64,000 nucleotides of DNA from the IMG/VR virus record IMGVR_UViG_3300031772_000023, positions 3,985 through 67,984 of that record. One strand, given 5' to 3'. Below the pieces are notes generated by a model that saw only the letters and a list, made by a program, of their open reading frames with translations, was not told where the DNA came from and made no database searches. A program made the translations under genes and the position numbers. Positions 9,019 through 19,956 of the stretch are shown one piece after another. The DNA is from a virus. The first letter of the stretch is position 1. Each line of letters begins with the position of its first letter.

Positions 9019-11376
9019 ATGGCAGAATCTGACAAGGAAATTAAAGGATTCCCAAATCCATTAGCATCACCAAACGAAAAAGTAAAAAAATCATACGGTT
9101 TAGCCTATGCTAAAGCTATATGGGCAGCTTATATTGGAAAGCAAGACTGGTGGAATAATACTAAGCAGCGTGATATTATCAATAGGAAATATGCTGAAGG
9201 GCTTGAATCTATTGATAAATATAAGGATCGTATGGATATGCAAGGAGATACGTCTTGGGTAAATTTAGATTTCAATCCTGTTACAAGAATAGCCAACTTA
9301 GTTGATAATGTTGTTGGGCGGCTTATGGCCCAAGAATATAAGATACAATGTAATCCTATTGATCCTGCTTCAAAAGTAAGACTTGATGATGAGATGGATA
9401 TAATGTATACTAATATGTATCTTAAACCATTAAGCGACCATATAGAAAAAGAAACTGGCATATCATTAGTTCCAAAGGATAAAAAAATTCCAGAATCTGA
9501 CGATGAGGCAGAGTTATTTTTTCAATTAAATTTAAAATTATCAGAATCTATTGCAATGGAAGAAGCGTTATCTGCTGTTTTATATAATGCAGATTTTGAA
9601 ACTGTAAAAAGAAAAGTAATACGAGATGCAGTTGTTCTAAAAAAGATGGCAATAAAGATAGGATACGATGAAAATTATAATATCATTCCTGAATATGCTG
9701 ATCCTGTAGATTTAATTACTCCGTATTCAAAATACGAAGATTTTAAAAATGTTCCATATCAATCAAGGATAAATAAATATACCATAGGAGAACTTGCTCA
9801 AATGACAAATGAATTTGATGAAGATACTTTATGGAAAATAGCTAAAACTCAATCTGGTAAAAATAATAATCCTAGTTGGCAGTCAAATTGGGGTAATACG
9901 TATGAGGGATATTATTGGAGTAATCAGATGGCTGGTAGACCTTGGGATGATTTTAATATAAGTATTCTTGAATTTTATTTCTTATGTGCTGATACTAAAA
10001 AATACGTTAAAAAACAAACTACTGGAGATAGATTTTATTTTGATGAAAAAAAAAATCCAGATTATAAATTACCTACAGATACGGAAGAATCTAAAAAGAA
10101 AGAAATGCTTGAAAGAGCAGTTCAGTATATTTATGAAGGATTTTGGATAATTGGAACTGATTATATTTATGGCTATAAGAAATCAGAAAATATTCCAAGA
10201 GAAATACAAATGGGTGCTTATTCTCCAAAAGCACAATTGCCAATTATAATGATATATCCTGATATTTATGATATGCAAAATAAGTCTATAGTAGAAAGAC
10301 TTATACCTCACGAAGATCAGATAAATCTTATCCATCAAAAACAACAGCAATTACTTATTATGGCTGTTCCTCCCGGCCATGCTATTGACTTAGAGGGTAT
10401 GGAAAACATATCTCAAGGCATGGGTAATGGTTCAACTGAGCCTATTGAGATAATGAAGATATACAAACAAACAGGAAGTTTTACATTTAGGAGTAAGGAT
10501 AAGGCTGGGAATCCTATTAATAGTTCTGTTATATCTCCACTTGCTAATGGTATAGGGAAAGACTTTGCTGTATTATTTGATGCGTATAATCAGGAGTTAA
10601 AGAAGATGAATGATGTTATAGGATTTAATTCTGCTACAGATGGAAGTACTCCCGATCCTAAAAGCCTTGTAGGAGTACAGAAGTTGTCCGTAAATGCTAC
10701 CAATTCTGCATTACGACCACTTAATATGCACTATCTTAAACTGATTGAAAGAGTAGCTAAAATGTTAACGTTAATGATACAGGATAGTATAGAGAATGAA
10801 AATAAAGCATTTATGAATTTAATAGGAGTTCAAGCAACTAAGGTGCTTGAAATTGGTAAAAATGTACCATTTGTTGAATTTGGAATAAAAGTAGAATTAT
10901 TGCCCGATGAAGAGGAAAGAGCGCAAATAAATCAAGATATTTCTATTGCACTTGCAAATAAACAAATAACAATGTCTGATGCTATTATGGTTAGACAAGC
11001 AGTAAGGCAAAATACAAAGTTAGCAGAACAGATGTTGGTTTTTAGAGAAAAAAAGAATTTAAAGGATAGTATGGATGAGGCGGCAAATAATGCTAAAATA
11101 AATGCAGATCAACAATCTAAATCTGCACAGGATGCAGCTGCGGCAAATACTGAATCAGAAAAAGCTATTGAATTGTTGAGACAAGAAACGTTGAAACTAG
11201 AATATAAACTTAAATCTGATTTGTCTGCTCAGGAGCATAATCAAAGGATGCCAGAGATAGCATTGGCAAATTCAGGTAAAGTTGATGTGAGTCACAAAAA
11301 TGGAGAGGCGCAAATAATAAAAGCTGGAGTTGCTGCTCATGCTTCAATGAATAAACCTGATAAGGAAGCGGATTAA
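9019..11376 (+). CDS. Portal protein
   Basis: 785 aa between terL and capsid genes; coiled-coil C-terminus; resembles Bacteroidota podovirus portals. Confidence 0.8.
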   Translation: MAESDKEIKGFPNPLASPNEKVKKSYGLAYAKAIWAAYIGKQDWWNNTKQRDIINRKYAEGLESIDKYKDRMDMQGDTSWVNLDFNPVTRIANLVDNVVGRLMAQEYKIQCNPIDPASKVRLDDEMDIMYTNMYLKPLSDHIEKETGISLVPKDKKIPESDDEAELFFQLNLKLSESIAMEEALSAVLYNADFETVKRKVIRDAVVLKKMAIKIGYDENYNIIPEYADPVDLITPYSKYEDFKNVPYQSRINKYTIGELAQMTNEFDEDTLWKIAKTQSGKNNNPSWQSNWGNTYEGYYWSNQMAGRPWDDFNISILEFYFLCADTKKYVKKQTTGDRFYFDEKKNPDYKLPTDTEESKKKEMLERAVQYIYEGFWIIGTDYIYGYKKSENIPREIQMGAYSPKAQLPIIMIYPDIYDMQNKSIVERLIPHEDQINLIHQKQQQLLIMAVPPGHAIDLEGMENISQGMGNGSTEPIEIMKIYKQTGSFTFRSKDKAGNPINSSVISPLANGIGKDFAVLFDAYNQELKKMNDVIGFNSATDGSTPDPKSLVGVQKLSVNATNSALRPLNMHYLKLIERVAKMLTLMIQDSIENENKAFMNLIGVQATKVLEIGKNVPFVEFGIKVELLPDEEERAQINQDISIALANKQITMSDAIMVRQAVRQNTKLAEQMLVFREKKNLKDSMDEAANNAKINADQQSKSAQDAAAANTESEKAIELLRQETLKLEYKLKSDLSAQEHNQRMPEIALANSGKVDVSHKNGEAQIIKAGVAAHASMNKPDKEAD

Positions 11377-11681
11377 ACTATTTTACTTCCCCATTTACCA
11401 TAAGCCTCACTATACGCTTCGATAGTCTTTCCTTCTTTTGTTACAAACTTACGATCAGCTCCTTCGCCTTCTACTTTTATCGCGCCATTTTCAATAATAA
11501 AATATTCGTTCTGCATCTCGTTTACTTCGCGCTTGAATATTCTAACCAATCCTTCATATTTATTTTTAAATTCTTTTATCTTACCTCTGTTAAAATATTG
11601 ATGTGCTTCATTCATCTGTGATATTTGAATATCAATATTAATTACATCATGTTTTGTAAGATTGATAGATTCTTTTGTCAT
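11373..11681 (-). CDS. Hypothetical protein
   Basis: 102 aa ORF convergent with portal. Confidence 0.5.
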   Translation of the reverse strand: MTKESINLTKHDVINIDIQISQMNEAHQYFNRGKIKEFKNKYEGLVRIFKREVNEMQNEYFIIENGAIKVEGEGADRKFVTKEGKTIEAYSEAYGKWGSKIV

Positions 11682-11892
11682 AGTTGTTATTTAATATTGC
11701 TTAGTGCTTTTATATTATTTTTTTTAGTGTTTTCTATTAGACCATCATAAGCAGATGTTTTTTGGGGGTACATGTTTTTTAATTCTGATACACTTAAATA
11801 CCTTTAAATAGAACATTAATAGTTTTTATTTTAGGATAATTGGAATATTGAGTTATAGTAAATATATTACCTGTTATAGGTAAATAAAAAAT

Positions 11893-12102
11893 TTACCCAC
11901 ACCTCATCGTTCTAAGTGTATTTACGTTTACGGCAAAGAAAATGGCATTCAAGATAATATTGAATAAGCCAAAGAACATTTTGCCTTCACACAGTTGATA
12001 AACTCCTATTGCAAATAGGATTACTTGAAATGCCATTAAAATCGGTATTACTATTCCCCTCTGCTTGATAATCTCGTCTCCGAGCCTGCCAAAAACTATC
12101 AT
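11893..12102 (-). CDS. Small two-helix membrane protein, possible cassette remnant
   Basis: Two hydrophobic segments; bounded by GTT at 11873 and a half-hairpin-like end at 12178. Confidence 0.4.
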   Translation of the reverse strand: MIVFGRLGDEIIKQRGIVIPILMAFQVILFAIGVYQLCEGKMFFGLFNIILNAIFFAVNVNTLRTMRCG

Positions 12103-12283
12103 TTAACAATGTATTTGTCGTTATTCATTTACACATTTTATTTTTCGGGAAGTAAATGAACAACGCAAATACTTACCGTTTGTTGTAATCTTAAAAAAGA
12201 ATCAATTCCAGAAGAAGCATCATGGATATAATCATCTTTCCCCGTGAATTCATACCATCCTAAATCTTGTAATTCCTGTTTTG

Positions 12284-12559
12284 TCATTTAACGAGTTCTG
12301 TTAGTGGTACATCAAGTGCTTTAGCAATTCTACCAAGAACATTTACTGTTATACCTATTTTTGATCTAAGTATATAGCTAACATGTCCTCTGTCTGATTT
12401 AATTGCGTAGGCTAATTCAGATTGGTTCATTTTTTTTTTCAATAACAATGTATTAATATTTTCCACTATAATATCCATGTTTTGTTTTAAAAGTTTTGAG
12501 GCTTCATTTTTAGAAATCTCAGGTGTATTATATCTTTCTTCTTTGTTTTTTTCTTTCAT
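12284..12559 (-). CDS. XRE-family helix-turn-helix protein
   Basis: MNQSELAYAI...VLGRIAKALDV. Confidence 0.8.
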   Translation of the reverse strand: MKEKNKEERYNTPEISKNEASKLLKQNMDIIVENINTLLLKKKMNQSELAYAIKSDRGHVSYILRSKIGITVNVLGRIAKALDVPLTELVK

Positions 12560-12679
12560 ATATTATGAGTTTAATTAATACAAAAATACTAATATTAATT
12601 ACATAGTGTGTTTTTACACGACAAAAGTTATTGTAAACTAACCTATTTTTGTATAAATAACAATTTAATTCAATTTAAA

Positions 12680-13786
12680 ATGATAACAGAAGAACAAGCA
12701 CTTAGAGAGCAGTTTGCTAAAACAGAATTTAAAGCAGATGCACCTACAGAGTTTCAAGCTGCTCCGATAGTTGAAAAGGAAAAAATAGAAAATAAAGCGA
12801 ACCCGCCAATTGCGGATAAGCTAGAAGATAAAGTTGTTCTTTCTAATACTGATAACAAATCAACTGCTGCACCGGAAGTAAAGGCAGAAGTCAAGGAGAT
12901 TAAAGTTCCATCATTTGAAGAATCCATTACAGAGCGTAGTGGAGGAAAATACAAGGGATGGGATGAAATCGAAGCTAAACTTAATAAACCAGAGATTAAA
13001 TTTGCTAATGAGCAAGTTCAAAAAATCAATGAATTTATTGAGAATGGTGGTAAAATTGATGAAAAATGGCTTTATTTCCAAAACACCGATTTTGACAAGA
13101 TTACTGATTCGTTTGAACTACTTTCCGAGGCCATGCGCTTAGAAGAGCCAGATATTACGGATGAGGAAATTGATTACAGAATCAAAACAGAATATAAGAT
13201 AGACGAATGGTCTGAAGATGAAGAACCTACTGAGATCGAGAAAATAATGTCTATAAAGGCTGGCAGAGATGCTAAAAAAGCCAGAAAAGCATTAAACGAT
13301 CATAAGTTAAAGACTTCATTTGCGCCCAATCAAAAATCTGAGGCTGATATTAAAAAAGAAGCCGAATTCAATGATTCTGCACAAAAAAATTGGGAAAAAG
13401 TAGTTGATGAAAGTGGTTTTGACAAATTATCTGTTAAAATTGATGAAAAAGAAGTGTTTGATGTTATTGTATCTGATGATGAGAGAAAATCTCTTAACGC
13501 AATGGTTAAACAAATGGGTAAAGATGGAATTAACAAGGTGCTGGTTCCTAAGTTTATTGGCCCAGATGGTAATATTGATGTGAAAAAACTCAGTAGTTAC
13601 ATATTTAAGGCAGAAAACTATGATAATGCAGTAAAAGCAGCTCTTACTCAAGGAATAGCCAAAGGTTCTCATGCAATAGTAAAAGACATTAAAGTAACTA
13701 ATTTTAATCCAGATTCTAAGACACAACAAGTCCAAAACCTAACGTTATCACAACAAGTAGGAAAACAAATCTTACAACACAAGTAA
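12680..13786 (+). CDS. Putative capsid scaffolding protein
   Basis: Acidic and helical, directly before MCP; ATG at 12680 follows a -7 box. Confidence 0.6.
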   Translation: MITEEQALREQFAKTEFKADAPTEFQAAPIVEKEKIENKANPPIADKLEDKVVLSNTDNKSTAAPEVKAEVKEIKVPSFEESITERSGGKYKGWDEIEAKLNKPEIKFANEQVQKINEFIENGGKIDEKWLYFQNTDFDKITDSFELLSEAMRLEEPDITDEEIDYRIKTEYKIDEWSEDEEPTEIEKIMSIKAGRDAKKARKALNDHKLKTSFAPNQKSEADIKKEAEFNDSAQKNWEKVVDESGFDKLSVKIDEKEVFDVIVSDDERKSLNAMVKQMGKDGINKVLVPKFIGPDGNIDVKKLSSYIFKAENYDNAVKAALTQGIAKGSHAIVKDIKVTNFNPDSKTQQVQNLTLSQQVGKQILQHK

Positions 13787-13812
13787 TATAAATAGTTTAA
13801 TAACTCAAAAAA

Positions 13813-15276
13813 ATGGCAAATATCCCAAGTGTGCTACAAGCACCAACAAATCATAACTGGATGACCTCTCAGTTTGTAATTACGTCTACAATAGATGCTG
13901 GTATTCTTGAACCAAGTGTTGATAAAACGCTAGTTCCTAAATATGGTAATCAAGATATGACAGGGTTTATGGAAATGCAAGGTTCTATGAATCCAGTAAA
14001 TCAACTTCAATATTTACACTTTGAAGAAGATTATTTGCATACAATCGTTAAGGTTTTGGGGCAAGGAGCAGCGGCAGCAAATGCCTCTGTTACATTTACT
14101 ATTGCAACTTCCCCAGCGTATATTTATACCTATCCTACTTCTGCACAAGCTCCTTATATATCTGTAGGGCCATCAAGCACAGCAGTAACAACCAATCCTG
14201 TAATTGAAAATGATTTAATGCAATTCCCAAATGGAACACAAGGCAGAGTAACAGCAGTAACATCCACAACTTTTGATATTTCACCGATTGTTCTTGGAGA
14301 AAACATCCCTGCTACAACTACGAATGTATCAGAACTTATCATTTATGGTAATTCTTGGGGTGAAGGAACGGATCAGCCGCTATCTTCAAATAGTCGTTTG
14401 CTTAAGTATACCAATAACCTACAAATATTTAAAGACACTCATACTACTACTGGTAGTGCAATGGGTGAAAAACTTTGGGTAAAAGTTAATGGTATCAATG
14501 GAACTGCTGGTTATTTGTGGTATTTTAAAGGTCAACTTGATGCTAGAAAGAGACTTCAGAACAAGCGAGAGGTGACACTAATGATTGGTCAAAAAACGAC
14601 CAATACAACATTAGCAAATCTTGCATCTCCTAATGAAAGTACCAATATCACCACAGAGGGTTTGATTCCATTTATCACAAACAATGGTAATATCACTACT
14701 TATTCGCTAATCAGCGGAATTTTGCTTTCTGACTTTGAAACAATGGTTGCAACACAACTTGACAAATTTGGAGGAGCTAAAGAAAATACATTATGGTGTG
14801 GAATTAATCTTTCTCAAGGTATTGATCGTTTTATGAGAGCTGAAATGAAAAATGGAGCTATTTCTTATGGTGCATTTGGTGGATCAAGAGAAAAAGCAAT
14901 TTCTTTCAACTTTGCTTCTTTTGAACTTACCGGATATACTTTCCATAAGAAAACTTATGATGTATTTAACTACCCACAACTGCTAGGAGCGGCAGGACAA
15001 GGATATACTAATCTTGGACTTGTTATTCCAGCGGATAATGTAGTAACATCTCTTGGCCCTAATAAGACAAAAGAAACAGTTCCTTCACTTCGTATGAACT
15101 ATCTTTCTCAAGAAGGTTCTGGTGGAACATATTCTCGTGAATGGAAAGAGTGGATGACAGGAGTTGGAGAAAACTTCGCTACTAATCAATCGGATAAGGT
15201 TGATTATAACATGTTGTCTCAAGTAGGACTGGAAGCGTTTGCTGGAAATCGTTATGTTAAAATAGTAGGAGCATAA
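13813..15276 (+). CDS. Major capsid protein
   Basis: 487 aa after scaffold; NNLQIFK and EGLIPFI HK97-fold-type segments; followed by terminator. Confidence 0.8.
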   Translation: MANIPSVLQAPTNHNWMTSQFVITSTIDAGILEPSVDKTLVPKYGNQDMTGFMEMQGSMNPVNQLQYLHFEEDYLHTIVKVLGQGAAAANASVTFTIATSPAYIYTYPTSAQAPYISVGPSSTAVTTNPVIENDLMQFPNGTQGRVTAVTSTTFDISPIVLGENIPATTTNVSELIIYGNSWGEGTDQPLSSNSRLLKYTNNLQIFKDTHTTTGSAMGEKLWVKVNGINGTAGYLWYFKGQLDARKRLQNKREVTLMIGQKTTNTTLANLASPNESTNITTEGLIPFITNNGNITTYSLISGILLSDFETMVATQLDKFGGAKENTLWCGINLSQGIDRFMRAEMKNGAISYGAFGGSREKAISFNFASFELTGYTFHKKTYDVFNYPQLLGAAGQGYTNLGLVIPADNVVTSLGPNKTKETVPSLRMNYLSQEGSGGTYSREWKEWMTGVGENFATNQSDKVDYNMLSQVGLEAFAGNRYVKIVGA

Positions 15277-15287
15277 TAAAAACAGAT

Positions 15288-15320
15288 AAAAGGGAGTGCA
15301 AATCGTACTCCCTTTATTTT
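15288..15320 (+). terminator. Intrinsic terminator after MCP
   Basis: aaagggagtgc-aaatc-gtactcccttt followed by T-rich tail. Confidence 0.75.
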
Positions 15321-15360
15321 GAAATTAAATTCAATATAAATAAATTAAATTCAATTAAAA

Positions 15361-16485
15361 ATGAACACACAAATTTTAGACACAGCGGAAAGAAAATATG
15401 GATCAATCGAAGATTGGAATCTTAAATCGAATAATTATTGGGATAAAAGATGGGTATTCGTATTAAAACATCACAATCCATCAGGATCAGTTGAAGGAAG
15501 AGGTTATCCGAATGTTTATTCTTATAAATTGGAAGATAGAATATTCGATAAAAATGCAAAAGATAAGGAGGGAAAACCAAAACCTATGAGTAGAATAATC
15601 AGAGTAGTTAATGGTGCTACATCTATATTTAAAGACGAACAAACAGAAGACGAGCAAAAACTAGAACCTATTAGAAAAGAATTTTCAAATAGAGGTGATT
15701 TAGTAGTTGAAGGAACTGAAGGGCTAGTTCTTGATTATTTATTGAAGTGTAATAAGAATGAAACTAATCCAGAAAGAGATAAAAATGTTGTTCCTTTATT
15801 TGGACTACTTGATTTGAAACAAGGATTGAAGCAAGACATGGAAAAAGACAAGAGTGATGCAAAAGCTGCAAGTTGGTGTTATGATGCAGAATTTAAACAT
15901 ATAAAACGCTATGCTAGAGTTCTTGGAGTAGACATAACTAAAGACCCAGAAGAAGTTCGTATGACTATGAGACACTTAGCCAGACATGATTCAAAACGAT
16001 TTAATGAAGGTCTTAATAATGAATTAACACAACGCAAGTTCTATGTTTTAGAATCCTCTGAAAGAGGTTATATAAGAATTGATTTACAATCAAATTCTCT
16101 CTATTGGGATAACAATAATTTGATTACAAATTCACCAGTTGGTAAACATCCGGTAGATCATTTTGTTGATTTAAGTAAATCAAATACGGATATGAATCTT
16201 GCATATCTTACTATTCAACGAAAAGTTGATGAGGAAGATAATTATGGAAAAGAACCTATTGCATCTGCTGTAGTCGCTGCTGATAGTTCAAGTACTACAA
16301 TAGATGTAAATACTGATTTAGAAAAACTTATTGATGTTGCTATTGGACTTGGTGTTATCCTTAATCAAAAACCTTGGTTCATATTTGCTGATAAAAAATA
16401 CATGGGCAAGCATAAGTTTATTGATGCAATTAGTAAAGATGCTTTATTGAAACAGGCTATATTGGATGTTTGTACAAATAAGTAG
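15361..16485 (+). CDS. Hypothetical phage protein after MCP
   Basis: 374 aa ORF in head module. Confidence 0.5.
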   Translation: MNTQILDTAERKYGSIEDWNLKSNNYWDKRWVFVLKHHNPSGSVEGRGYPNVYSYKLEDRIFDKNAKDKEGKPKPMSRIIRVVNGATSIFKDEQTEDEQKLEPIRKEFSNRGDLVVEGTEGLVLDYLLKCNKNETNPERDKNVVPLFGLLDLKQGLKQDMEKDKSDAKAASWCYDAEFKHIKRYARVLGVDITKDPEEVRMTMRHLARHDSKRFNEGLNNELTQRKFYVLESSERGYIRIDLQSNSLYWDNNNLITNSPVGKHPVDHFVDLSKSNTDMNLAYLTIQRKVDEEDNYGKEPIASAVVAADSSSTTIDVNTDLEKLIDVAIGLGVILNQKPWFIFADKKYMGKHKFIDAISKDALLKQAILDVCTNK

Positions 16486-16505
16486 ATCGTACTGATTTTT
16501 AATTT

Positions 16506-16549
16506 AAAGCCCATTATAGTTAATAATAAGTTTTCTATAATGGGCTTTT
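16506..16549 (+). terminator. Intrinsic terminator-like hairpin
   Basis: aaagcccattatag...ctataatgggctttt. Confidence 0.6.
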
Positions 16550-16586
16550 GTAATATACAAAAAAATATCTTTACAAATAAAATAAG

Positions 16587-18164
16587 ATGCCAACAATTAT
16601 AACAACACCTACTTGGGTAACAACATTTGATCTTACTACTAATCCAAAAACATTTCTTTTTAGCGATCTTACTAATTATTCTTCAAACAGTATACCTCTT
16701 ACTGGGGTTCGTGGTAATTTTCAAATAACCTCGCCAAGTGGAGTTGTAATATGGAATAATACTACTTATGGTTCAGGGAGTGATATAGTAGCTAATATAA
16801 GTATAAGTAATGGTACAATACCGTTACCCAATCTTTCAAATCAAGCACCTGAAAAAGGAGTATATACTGTTACATATACTGTTCGTATTATAGATGGAGT
16901 AAATCCTACTTATTATATAACGGGAACAGAAACGTATAATTTTATTTACGCTTCTCCTCTTGTGTGCATAATTCCACAAGTAGATTGTATAAGTCCGTTA
17001 TTTACTGCTAGTGATACAACTAACTATACAGTAAATTCAATAACTCCAACTATTACTAGGGATTTAGTATTACAATATCCTGCTAATAGTGGTCAATCGT
17101 CAATCATTAATTCAACATCAGCAACGATAACAACATCTAATGTATGGTCTGGATTAAATGTAGTTACTGTACAAAGTAGTTTAAGTTTTGCATATTCAAA
17201 TTTTTCAATTTCAGATTTGGTTATTGGAACTAAATCTATAAATGTTGATTGCGCTTTAACGTGTGAGTTATACTGTTGCCTTAAATCTTTGAATAATAGG
17301 ATGGATGCTGTTAGTGGAATAAATAATATTTTATTCCAACAATTATCAGCTCAGTTTAGTTTAGTAATGTCAAAAGTTACACTTCTTTATGAAGCAGTAT
17401 CTTGCGGTAAACAAGAAGATGCTAATTATTATATAAATCAAATAAAGATTATTGCTGACTGTAATGATTGTACTTGTACAGATGGCAACCCTTCTAGGGT
17501 TACTGGACTAGGTGGATTAACAAATGTAAACGTAGTTGTTGATTCTGCTGGTGCGCCAATAACGGTAACTCCGGTAACTGTTTCTGGTGTTACAACATAT
17601 ACAGTAGCTTTCGACAGTGCATTGGTGACAAAAATAAATAACAGTTATAATACTGTTGTGGTTTGTACTGATGGAACTATAAATGTTCTTCCATCGGGTA
17701 TTATTAGTGACGTTCAGACGTATAATATTGGAGCTAATTATGTGGTGGAGAATCGTATAGAATTTTTATGTAGAATACAATACTCTGTTCCGGGCGCACC
17801 TGTATGTACGATAACCGTATCAAGTACCTTAAATAGCGGAACTAATATAAGCTATCCTGCAAGTGTAGACAATACTACTATAGGACTTACATTTGGAAAG
17901 TTTCTTAACAATCTTTTTAATGTGTATGATTTTATGGTTTCTCCAGCTAACGATTATAAGGTAGATGTAGAAGCTGTTCTTATGGGATTGAATCCTTCTG
18001 TTAGTAATACTTATGACGTACCAAAGCAATTGATTTGTGAAGTATTAAATAAAGCATCAGGATCATTTGACTTTAGATTTACAGATATAAACGGAATGCC
18101 ACTAACAAACGATGCGATGACATCAACAACAGATATAGTAGTAAACATTAAAATCTCAGAATAA
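16587..18164 (+). CDS. Virion structural protein
   Basis: Beta-rich T/S/V composition with Cys cluster; in tail module. Confidence 0.5.
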   Translation: MPTIITTPTWVTTFDLTTNPKTFLFSDLTNYSSNSIPLTGVRGNFQITSPSGVVIWNNTTYGSGSDIVANISISNGTIPLPNLSNQAPEKGVYTVTYTVRIIDGVNPTYYITGTETYNFIYASPLVCIIPQVDCISPLFTASDTTNYTVNSITPTITRDLVLQYPANSGQSSIINSTSATITTSNVWSGLNVVTVQSSLSFAYSNFSISDLVIGTKSINVDCALTCELYCCLKSLNNRMDAVSGINNILFQQLSAQFSLVMSKVTLLYEAVSCGKQEDANYYINQIKIIADCNDCTCTDGNPSRVTGLGGLTNVNVVVDSAGAPITVTPVTVSGVTTYTVAFDSALVTKINNSYNTVVVCTDGTINVLPSGIISDVQTYNIGANYVVENRIEFLCRIQYSVPGAPVCTITVSSTLNSGTNISYPASVDNTTIGLTFGKFLNNLFNVYDFMVSPANDYKVDVEAVLMGLNPSVSNTYDVPKQLICEVLNKASGSFDFRFTDINGMPLTNDAMTSTTDIVVNIKISE

Positions 18165-18165
18165 A

Positions 18166-19950
18166 ATGGCAATGACATTGGCAACTTTAGGAAATGGTGC
18201 TGGGTTTGTATACATAACCGCAGCGGATGGGGTATCTATAATTTCAAATATAGAAAACGACCCACAAGTACGACAAAGCGTACAGAAGTTTGTTAATACA
18301 TCTGCATCTTTAATTGATCCTACTTTAGAAACAGATGCTGATTATGGCTATAGGATTTTTGGAAATACAGGAGGAAGTGCAGGAACTTTAGTCGGAGCAT
18401 CTGAGCTTACTAGATTTTTGGTAAATAGAGGTTCTCAAGCTGCTGCATATAAAAAATCAGTTACTATATCAACTGGAATTATTACGTTAAATAGAGTAGC
18501 TAATGATACAACATTGTATGTTTCTACTGAAGGTGGATTGGCAGATCAGTTAGACACTATAACCATGGCTGGTGTTGTGGATAATGATACTGTGACTATT
18601 GTTGGGGCTAATAGTGGAGGAGGAGGAATTATAACAGTTCCAGATGCAACAGGAAATATATTTCTGTCTAGCTCTACAAGTTTTACATCAGGAGTTAGAG
18701 GAGTTGCATTAGTTCTCAGATATTTTTCTGCTGCTACTGCTGGTTGGTATGAAGTATCAAGAAATGCCATATATCCTACTACTAATACTTCAAGATTAGC
18801 TGGCACATCTCAGCCAGTTCAGGGAGTAAACACTACTGCAATGGCAACTAGTGGTACTACTACTTATCAGCCCGGAGTTGATATAGGGTATCAGGTAATT
18901 ACAGGTTCTCCGGTTCTTATTGGAAGTGTGGTATTTGCGACTGGCGGTAGTCCTATAGATGGAGATCAATTTACTGTTGATTATCGTGCTACTCCAACAC
19001 TAGGAGGCAATACAGTTACAATATTTGGTATTACACTAACAACTGCACAAGCCAATCAAAAAGTTGTTGTAACAACAAAATATAGAACAGCAAATACAAC
19101 ATGGTACACAAGCATCTCTTCTAATACAAATGGTGTAGATTATGCTACGGGTACACAACTTGCTACAAAGCAAAATACTCTCCCTGCTTCTGGTGGTGAT
19201 ACTTTTGTTCTTCAGAAAACCATTTTAGGAGCGTTATCGTTTGTTCCTCAAGTAGCAAACAATGCTTGGGATTTATTAGGTAATTCTGGAACAACGGATA
19301 TAACAAATTTTATTGGAACAACAGACAATATCCCACTTACGATAAAAGTAAATAATCAGAAGTCAGGAAGAATAGACAATACTCTTAATAATACATTTTT
19401 TGGTTATCAGGCTGGTGAAATTACTACTGGTTCGGATAATATTGCAATAGGAACGATTGCTTTAAAATTAAATATAGGAGGCAGTAATAATGTGGCTGTG
19501 GGTGGAGGATACAGCAATACAACAGGAAGCTATAATACAGGAATTGGGCTTGGAAGCATATATTCCAATACAACAGGAAGCGATAATACTTCGATTGGAG
19601 CTTCTGCTTTATCTTCAAATATATCTGGAGATTTTAATACGGCATTAGGATATAGTGCCGATGTTGGGTCTGGAGCATTAACAAATGCAACTGCTATTGG
19701 TGCTAATGCTGTTGTAAATACTTCTAATTCAGTAGTCATAGGGTCTGGGTCTAGAGTTGGAATTGGTACATCATCTCCAAATGCTTCATCAATACTTGAT
19801 TTAACATCAACTACTGGTGCGCTTCTTTTGCCAAGAATGACTACTGCTCAAAAAAACCTTTTAACTCCTACAAATGGGATGTTAGTTTATGATTCAACTC
19901 TAAATAAGTTTCAAGGATATGAAAACGGAGCGTGGACATCGTTAATATAA
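18166..19950 (+). CDS. Tail fibre or spike-like protein
   Basis: Repeats NTTGSxNTxIG; W-L-GN...NFIGTTD; VGIGTSSP...LPRMTT C-terminus. Confidence 0.65.
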   Translation: MAMTLATLGNGAGFVYITAADGVSIISNIENDPQVRQSVQKFVNTSASLIDPTLETDADYGYRIFGNTGGSAGTLVGASELTRFLVNRGSQAAAYKKSVTISTGIITLNRVANDTTLYVSTEGGLADQLDTITMAGVVDNDTVTIVGANSGGGGIITVPDATGNIFLSSSTSFTSGVRGVALVLRYFSAATAGWYEVSRNAIYPTTNTSRLAGTSQPVQGVNTTAMATSGTTTYQPGVDIGYQVITGSPVLIGSVVFATGGSPIDGDQFTVDYRATPTLGGNTVTIFGITLTTAQANQKVVVTTKYRTANTTWYTSISSNTNGVDYATGTQLATKQNTLPASGGDTFVLQKTILGALSFVPQVANNAWDLLGNSGTTDITNFIGTTDNIPLTIKVNNQKSGRIDNTLNNTFFGYQAGEITTGSDNIAIGTIALKLNIGGSNNVAVGGGYSNTTGSYNTGIGLGSIYSNTTGSDNTSIGASALSSNISGDFNTALGYSADVGSGALTNATAIGANAVVNTSNSVVIGSGSRVGIGTSSPNASSILDLTSTTGALLLPRMTTAQKNLLTPTNGMLVYDSTLNKFQGYENGAWTSLI

Positions 19951-19956
19951 TAATAC

